NCBI RefSeq assembly: GCF_001194135.2
Contig: NC_068987.1
Coordinates: 70,545,139 to 70,577,334, forward strand
Origin: Octopus bimaculoides
Taxonomy: Eukaryota
Direction of reading: 5' to 3'
DNA length: 32,196 bases
How positions within the stretch are numbered: the first letter of the stretch is position 1; the number at the start of each line of letters is the position of its first letter. This document shows, in pieces, positions 24,785 to 32,196 of this stretch. The translations under genes and the position numbers were made by a program. The notes beneath the pieces were generated by a model. That model had not been told where the DNA came from. It ran no database searches and was given only the letters and a program-made list of their open reading frames with translations.

Positions 24785-25257
24785 ATATATTACTAGCAGC
24801 ATGTCGATAAAACACGTTCATTGTCTATGGTTACCTAGCGTCATCCATGATAATTACAGAGTTGCAGGTGGATTTACCTCAGGAATTCCTCCGTGCATGT
24901 TGAGAGTACAACAAAAACGATTGAGACAGAAAATAGAAAACAATAAAGTTCCGTGTATTCCATTTACCGTCTCTGTCATTTGTTCTGAGTGTGTGTATGT
25001 GTTTGTATGTATGTGTATGATTGTGTGCATGTGTGTGCGTGTGTGCACATGTGTGCGTGTGTGTCTGTAATATTTGGGACTGATGGGTATAGGTCAATTA
25101 GAGTATTGAGTAAAGCACATTCATAGTTTGGGCTACTTGGTGTTATCCACAGTTGGGTGATATTTCTGGTGGATCTACTTCAGGAATTCTGCAGTATTAG
25201 TTGAGATAATGATAAATGATAGAGGAAACCGAAGATTTGACCCCAGTCTTTATTTCA

Positions 25258-25460
25258 GTACAATGATCGTTTCGCCTTATCATACAACTGTCCGATACGG
25301 GTAGAATTTTGGTACATCTCAGTAAATATAGTGGGACATCACTTTCTTTATGCATGTACATGATGAAACGCAAACTGAACAGATAGATGTAACACTATTA
25401 GATGAACGAAACCCTACCCATAACGGGCAGTTGCAGGATGAGTAAAAACGATCATTGTAC
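25258..25460. mobile_element. Short MITE-like element with about 47-bp imperfect TIRs
   Basis: Outer 15 bp are perfect (gtacaatgatcgttt / aaacgatcattgtac); similarity continues inward through caactg and gggtag (arms 25258-25304 and 25414-25460). No clear TSD. Confidence 0.6.
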
Positions 25461-25878
25461 CCAATAAATGCAAGTGCCAAATCTATCTTCCGTTTCCTTC
25501 ACCAGTTATTTTATATATACACGGGCGCGCACGCACGAACGCACGAACGCACACACAAATATACATATATATATGAATGTATGTAAGTATATTTATATAT
25601 ATATGTCTATATATGCATGTATGCATGTATGTATGTATACAAACATACATAGATAAATATACATATACATATATAAATATATATAAATTAAATATATATA
25701 TATATATATATATGTATNNNNNNNNNNNNNNNNNNNNNNNNNNNNNNNNNNNNNNNNNNNNNNNNNNNNNNNNNNNNNNNNNNNNNNNNNNNNNNNNNNN
25801 NNNNNNNNNNNNNNNNNNNNNNNNNNNNNNNNNNNNNNNNNNNNNNNNNNNNNNNNNNNNNNNNNNNNNNNNNNNNNN

Positions 25879-25909
<31 letters not shown>

Positions 25910-26212
25910 TGTGTGTGTGTGTGTGTGTGTATGCGTGTGTGCGTGCTGGGTGTGTGTGTGTGTAAATGTATATGTATATATGTATATATGTATGTGTATG
26001 TGTGCGTGTGTGCACGTGTGTGTGTGTGTGTCTGTGTGTGTCTGTGTGTGTATGTGTGTTTCTATATGCATGTGTGTAAACGTGAGTGTAATCACTAAAA
26101 TTCTAGATCTGCGTCGGTAATAATTAAGGAAAGGAAATTATAGGCATGTCAGATGATTGCAAAAAAAAAACAAATTATATCATGCTCCGAACAGAGATTT
26201 TCCTTTGTGTAG

Positions 26213-26240
26213 GAAAGAAGTGGAAGAGAGTCTTGAAATG
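26213..26240 (+). other. Candidate 28-nt exon of an unidentified host gene
   Basis: ttttcctttgtgtag|GAAAGAAGTGGAAGAGAGTCTTGAAATG|gtgagt: canonical acceptor, strong donor, purine-rich body ending in ATG. Splice signals only, no homology. Confidence 0.25.
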
Positions 26241-26604
26241 GTGAGTAAAACTAGGTGAAGACAATTGATACAATGGTAGAGAAAGTTAAAATTAACCTTA
26301 TGCTGGAGCGGAGAAACCAGTCAAAAAAACCTTCGTTTCTACAAAAGAGACCCAATTATAATAATCATAGAATTAACAGGCACAACCTCAGATAACTTGA
26401 GATTTGCATCCCGATGTTATCGTGTATTTAGTTACATTAACTCTCACAATTAACATTCTACGTTTATATCAATTTAAAATCCAAAACAAAATTTCAATAT
26501 GACATTAAAATGTGAACTAAGTACGTCCCTATTGAATTCAAATATCAATCAATTTTTAGTCAGCGTTCGTTTTTGAATCTTGCTATTGTTGTTGTTGTTG
26601 TTGT

Positions 26605-26745
26605 TCCGAGCTCCATTTTCCCTTTCATTCTCTCAGGTTCGATAAAATAAGTGCTAGCTGAGTACTGGAGTTGGTGTGAGCGACTAACCCACTTCTGGCA
26701 TATTTCAGGCTTTGTGTCTATAGTTGAAAAGATTATTTATCATTA
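26605..26745 (+). mobile_element. Family B repeat fragment
   Basis: ttccctttcattctctcaggttcgataaaataagtgctagctgagtactgg...caggctttgtgtctata matches the family B core. Confidence 0.62.
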
Positions 26746-27464
26746 TTAATATTATAACTATACCATAACGTCTCTTTGAGAACAAATTCTGAGTTGAAAT
26801 CTAACATTATAAAGATATTCAAATAGGATATGTCCAACGATCTACGAAGTATTGTCTTTTAAAGTCCAGAAAGATAGCTATCGTCAAAAACTATCGTTAA
26901 TAATTTAGTAAAACTTTACACTCCTTCCTATATTTCTTTGAAAGAACTATATATTTTCTACAATAAATAGTTTGTCATACATTTACTTCTACTTACTGTA
27001 GCAAACTCTATTCTTTAATTTTGAAACTTGCAAGCTACTAGATTATACACAGTACAGCAACTGCGAAGTTGAAATAGTTTAATGATATTTACTGTAAAAT
27101 GAAAAACAGCTAAGAAATGCGTAAATAACAATAATATGTGTGATTTGATGAATTACTAATATGACTCTATCAAAAGACAGCAATATCTGTTTTTACACAC
27201 GATTTCAAATGAAATCTCTAGGCAAAATATCAATTCCTTTGTGTGATGACTAAGAAAAACTGTGCAGGCTTGCAACATGTTGAGAGAAAAACAGATGATT
27301 GAAGAGAGTAATATCACAGGGGAAATATGTTCTGCAATTCCAGTAAGTTATAATCATTTTTGAGTAGAAATTTAATTATTAAGTAGTTTAATGTTTTATT
27401 GGAAAAGTCAAAGTGAACTCTGTCAAATATTGATTTCTAGCATAGGCAGAAGGCATCGTATAAA

Positions 27465-27580
27465 GAAATGGGTATAGTCCATTATATTAACCCTGGTATT
27501 TAATTTGTATTTCATTTCATCAAACCTGGAACGATGAAAGGGAAATTCCACCTCAGCGGGATTTCAATTCAGAACACTTT
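27465..27580 (-). mobile_element. Family B repeat fragment, highly diverged
   Basis: gatgaaagggaaattccacctcagcgggatttcaattcagaac matches 18961-19005. Confidence 0.5.
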
Positions 27581-28021
27581 TAAAGATTTGTTTAACGCAT
27601 GCTTAGGGCAATGCTTTGTAAAGGTGGGATACATAGGCACGTATTAAGAAGAAATACGTTATGAATAAAGCATATACCATCAAATGTTAATAGAGAAGAA
27701 ATTAGTTTCAATCCATGGTAATTCTCTGGTCAGTTATATATTTGGAACCCTGCCTGTACCATAGTAAACGTGCCGAAATTAAGTGTTTTACATCAACTAA
27801 AATTGTGAAACGATATGTAAAAGCATTATATGTATAGGTCTGCCTGTCTGGCCAGTGGTGTGGCGTCATATGAAAGCTACAAGCTACAAGAACACGAGGA
27901 AGCGCATTACTGCCGGATGTATAGCAACAGCCGATAGTCTAGTCGATAAAGTCATTTATATATATACATATATATATACACACACACAACACACACACAC
28001 ACACGCGAGCACACGCACACA

Positions 28022-28119
<98 letters not shown>

Positions 28120-29857
28120 NNNNNNNNNNNNNNNNNNNNNNNNNNNNNNNNNNNNNNNNNNNNNNNNNNNNNNNNNNNNNNNNNNNNNNNNNNNNNNNNN
28201 NNNNNNNNNNNNNNNNNNNNNNNNNNNNNNNNNNNNNNNNNNNNNNNNNNNNNNNNNNNNNNNNNNNNNNNNNNNNNNNNNNNNNNNNNNNNNNNNNNNN
28301 NNNNNNNNNNNNNNNNNNNNNNNNNNNNNNNNNNNNNNNNNNNNNNNNNNNNNNNNNNNNNNNNNNNNNNNNNNNNNNNNNNNNNNNNNNNNNNNNNNNN
28401 NNNNNNNNNNNNNNNNNNNNNNNNNNNNNNNNNNNNNNNNNNNNNNNNNNNNNNNNNNNNNNNNNNNNNNNNNNNNNNNNNNNNNNNNNNNNNNNNNNNN
28501 NNNNNNNNNNNNNNNNNNNNNNNNNNNNNNNNNNNNNATACAACAGCCAGATTTTAGAAGATATGATTATTTTCTATTTGATTTAATTGTCTATTTCGAT
28601 TTGTATTTTATGATTATTAGCGTTTCCATAATTATTCATTTTTGTGTCCGTGTGTGTGATCTTATACAAAATTTTACTTCACACAATTCAAAAGAAAAGA
28701 AGATTAAGAACTATTTTATTTTGCATAAAAAAAACAAAGAAAGTTTACTTTAAGAATTAAAGATACGGAATCTTAAAAATTTACCTGAGGAAATTCTGTT
28801 CCCTATAGGAATTGAAACGGAAAATGGACAGATAGAACAAAAAGGTGACAAAAACGAAAGGTGAAAAAAAAAAAACCCTCTGATGAACGTAGAGAAGGAT
28901 GCAGAAGATCAAGAGAAGTGTCACTGACAAGTCAGCGGCCAAACAAAAAAAAGCAGTTTCGGCAGAAACATGAGAATGGTCACGGTCCTCATGATAGTAG
29001 GATGACCGAGAAAAGGGGATGAAGGGCAGACAGCAGTAGAGAGGTAAGTTGCTGAGAGAGGGAAATAATAAATTTCAAAAATTAAGCGTTAACACGACAA
29101 GGGTACGAACGGAAAATTCAGACACAAGATCGGCTCCCCCGCTTCCCTCTCTACTTTCAACAAATGGATGGTTTTTCGCCGGTTGTTTTTTTCACCCTTT
29201 TGTTCTATCTTTCCATTTGTCCCCATTCCCGTCTGTATTCCTATAGAACATATTTAACAGGGAACAACACCTTTTTTATGACGTCAACAGCACGAAGCTG
29301 CTAGGAATAGGGAGCGAATGTTGGGGATAACTGCGAACACCAGCACGACATAAGTAGTGGGTACAAATTTAAGTATGCAAACGAAATAAAATACACAATA
29401 TACAAGCCAAATAATGGCTGTTCGGCTCCGAGACAAGGATAGGACAAGATGTATGTATGTATAAGTAACGCAATGGAAACTGTTCTATAGGAATAGAGTG
29501 TGACATTTTAAAAATGTAATTTTTATATCAAAGGAAAGTGTGATGGATCTGCTTATTATTTAACACTTATTGGAATTGTAAAAATGTGTTGTTCCCTGTT
29601 AAATTATACAAAATATATAAATTTTCAAAGGGGGTGTAGGCTTTTGCAAGGCATTATATATATATATATATATATATATNNNNNNNNNNNNNNNNNNNNN
29701 NNNNNNNNNNNNNNNNNNNNNNNNNNNNNNNNNNNNNNNNNNNNNNNNNNNNNNNNNNNNNNNNNNNNNNNNNNNNNNNNNNNNNNNNNNNNNNNNNNNN
29801 NNNNNNNNNNNNNNNNNNNNNNNNNNNNNNNNNNNNNNNNNNNNNNNNNNNNNNNNN

Positions 29858-31060
29858 GAACCACCAAGCATCATAATGTTGAAATATCTATGAATCCGTC
29901 AAAAGGTTGTTTATTTTTATATTTCTTAATTTTTTTAGATATCATCAGAAAACAAGTAATTAAAATTCATTAAGATAAGATCTATCGGACTTTCAAAGAG
30001 GTCACATTGTTGGTGCTCGTATGGCAGGCGCTGGCGTAATGAAAACAGCGAAAATGTTTGGTGTATCAGGAAGTATTGTCTCGAAAGTAATGAGAACCTT
30101 TGAGAAAGAAGGAAAAACCTCCTCGTTGAAAAAAAATACCAGAAGAAAACCAAAACTATCAGATAGGGGTAGGACAATTATGCGGATTGTTAGAAAGGAT
30201 CACAAAACTACAGCTCGCAAAATTACTGCAGGGCTTAATGACCACTTCGAGAACCCAGTTTCCACAAAAACTGTCCACCAAGAGCTGCACAAAGCAGGAT
30301 TTCACGGGAGGGCTGCAAGCAGAATGCCACAACTTTCAAGAACAAATGTTGCAAAGTGATTAGAGTGGAGTAAAAACCTACAGAATTGGTCCCTAGAGCA
30401 GTGTAAGAATGTTATTTTCTCGGACGAGTCATTCTTTATCTTATTTCCGACCACCGGCAAAGTATACGTGTGGAGACAGTCAAAAGAAGCATTTAACCCA
30501 GACTACTGTCTTCCAAATGTTAAACATGGAGGAGGATTTGTGATTTTCTGGGGGTGAGGGCTATATGTTGGAAATCCACCGGCCCAATGGTTTCCCTTCA
30601 TGGCAGAATTAATAGTCAAGAATATTTAAGCATTTTATCTGATCGAATTCATCCTAAGGTTGCGGGACTGTTTCCGGAGGGAAACGCAATCTTTCAGCAT
30701 GATAATGCACCAATTCATACAGCTAATGTTGTTACTGAATGGCACGAGGAACATTCTAGGAAAGTTGTACATCTTATCTGGCCTTCACAATCCCCAGATT
30801 TCAATAATATTGAACATTTACGGTGCATTTTAGAAAAACATGTAAGGATTCGATATCCTCCACCATCGTCACTACAAGAACTGGAGACTGTTTTAGCTGA
30901 AGAATAGGCAAAAATTCCTTTGGAAATAACTTAAACTTTGTACGAGTCCATACCTCGTAGAATTCAAGTTGTAATTACTGCCAAAGACGGTCCTACCCCA
31001 TATTAAAATAAATTTGTTTGAAATTTTAAGGTGTTTCCATTATTTTGTCCAACCCCTGTA
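29858..31060 (+). mobile_element. Tc1-like DNA transposon, decayed copy; 5' end probably in the N gap 29680-29857
   Basis: Transposase relic followed by a Tc1-type right end ggtgtttccattattttgtccaacccctg (31030-31058, reverse complement CAGGGGTTGGACAAAATAATGGAAACACC) and the TA target dinucleotide at 31059-31060. The left TIR is not visible. Confidence 0.92.
29979..31006 (+). pseudogene. Tc1-family transposase pseudogene, DD36E spacing
   Basis: Reads DLSDFQRGHIVGARMAG (HTH region) ... NVIFSDES ... VKHGGG ... IFQHDNAPIH ... WPSQSPDFNNIEH ... IPRRIQVVITAKDGPTPY*. Catalytic D at 30423, D at 30701, E at 30812. Disabled by stops at 30357, 30555, 30905 and 30932 and a frameshift near 30555. Confidence 0.92.
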
Positions 31061-31080
31061 TGCCTGTGCATATATATATA

Positions 31081-31124
<44 letters not shown>

Positions 31125-31223
31125 TGTGTTTGTGTGTGTTTCTNNNNNNNNNNNNNNNNNNNNNNNNNNNNNNNNNNNNNNNNNNNNNNNNNNNNNNNNN
31201 NNNNNNNNNNNNNNNNNNNNNNN

Positions 31224-31278
<55 letters not shown>

Positions 31279-32196
31279 CATAAAGATGCAGATATATGTA
31301 AGTATATACATATACATGTGTGTGTGTAAATGTATACGCTGTTACACAAAGCAGTCAAACCCACATACATAGATAATGCGTGCGCTTCTCCACTCACACG
31401 CACATACACGCGCATTCATACAGATGCACGTGCGCACTTCAACACGATTTCATTCATCCATATATTTCCTACGCACGACAATGTCACTATGAACTCTATT
31501 CAGATACCAACGCCATCTTTTCTAATTTTCATTTGGAGAAACACTGTTTATTGCAGTACCGCTATAATCATAGCGTCTCCTTTTTACGTGAATTCGCAGC
31601 CAAATCAGTCTCCGCGTTTTTCTAATACAACCCTGTGGGTTTTTAGGGAGATGAGGCTGATTCCATTCTTTTAAACACGTCAACATATACATTTTTTCTT
31701 AAGTATGATTAGGTCCGGTTTCTTTTGATCTCTACCATCTCCTCATTGCCTCTCCGCATTTAGAGACATTATATCCAATAAGATCTCTATAACACAATGT
31801 ATATCGGTGTATGTAGAACTCAAAGAAATCTTGTCATGTACATAAGCGCACATTCGAATGTACAGCCGTATCAATGTATGTGAATGTAGGGTGAGGTATG
31901 CTTGTGTGTGGTTGTTCGTGTTTGTGTGCGTGTGCGTGTGTATGTGTGTGTGTGTGCGCGCACGCGCGTGTGCGTGTGTGAAAATACAGACAGACGCATA
32001 GATACAAAGCAAATACTCTGTCATACGTTGACATATACAAGTTTTACTATAAACATACGCACATATAGACACAGAAATGTTCACATACCCACATACATAT
32101 GTATGCGTACATACAAATACATACATGCATATATGTATATATACGTATATACAAAAATACACATGTATATATGTATATATATATATATATATATAT

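Larger units (their letters stand above)
2187..31223. other. Assembly gaps (not a continuous feature): 2187-2505, 10153-10621, 12578-12992, 14192-14201, 14794-14896, 21187-21840, 24683-24736, 25718-25878, 28120-28537, 29680-29857, 31144-31223
   Basis: Runs of N, nearly all bordered by simple repeats, as expected for a short-read scaffold. Confidence 0.99.

Noticed and set aside
28785-28802. 18-nt minus-strand microexon (GGAACAGAATTTCCTCAG)
   Set aside because: Its pyrimidine tract is simply one arm of the 28803-29246 inverted repeat; no independent support.
29278-29287. CRE palindrome tgacgtca as a regulatory site
   Set aside because: A single 8-mer is expected by chance in 32 kb, and no linked promoter is established.
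28790-29500. ttcctatag / ctataggaat motifs as FRT-like recombination sites
   Set aside because: Only a short partial match with no 13-8-13 architecture.
35-32162. Most ORF-track entries ([24 protein letters not shown], poly-X)
   Set aside because: Translations of microsatellites and N gaps; no coding evidence.

Overview
AT-rich, microsatellite-dense eukaryotic DNA with 11 N gaps (about 2.9 kb). The SINE families and (TA)n/(CA)n/(TATG)n load suggest an octopus (coleoid cephalopod) intron or intergenic region; this is inference, not a database match. I cannot support any complete host protein-coding gene, and nearly all ORF-track entries are repeat or gap artefacts. The recognisable content is transposon-derived: a decayed Tc1-like element with DD36E catalytic spacing (29.9-31.1 kb), a DD34D mariner relic carrying a 30-bp inverted duplication (4.2-4.7 kb), a hAT MITE with an exact 8-bp TSD, three further inverted-repeat elements (one with 144-bp arms), Penelope-like and CR1/L2-like relics and about a dozen SINEs. 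There are also 21-bp and 26-bp minisatellites and a few weak exon candidates. I found no convincing new biological system; the DD36E transposase and the many fold-back structures are the best leads.
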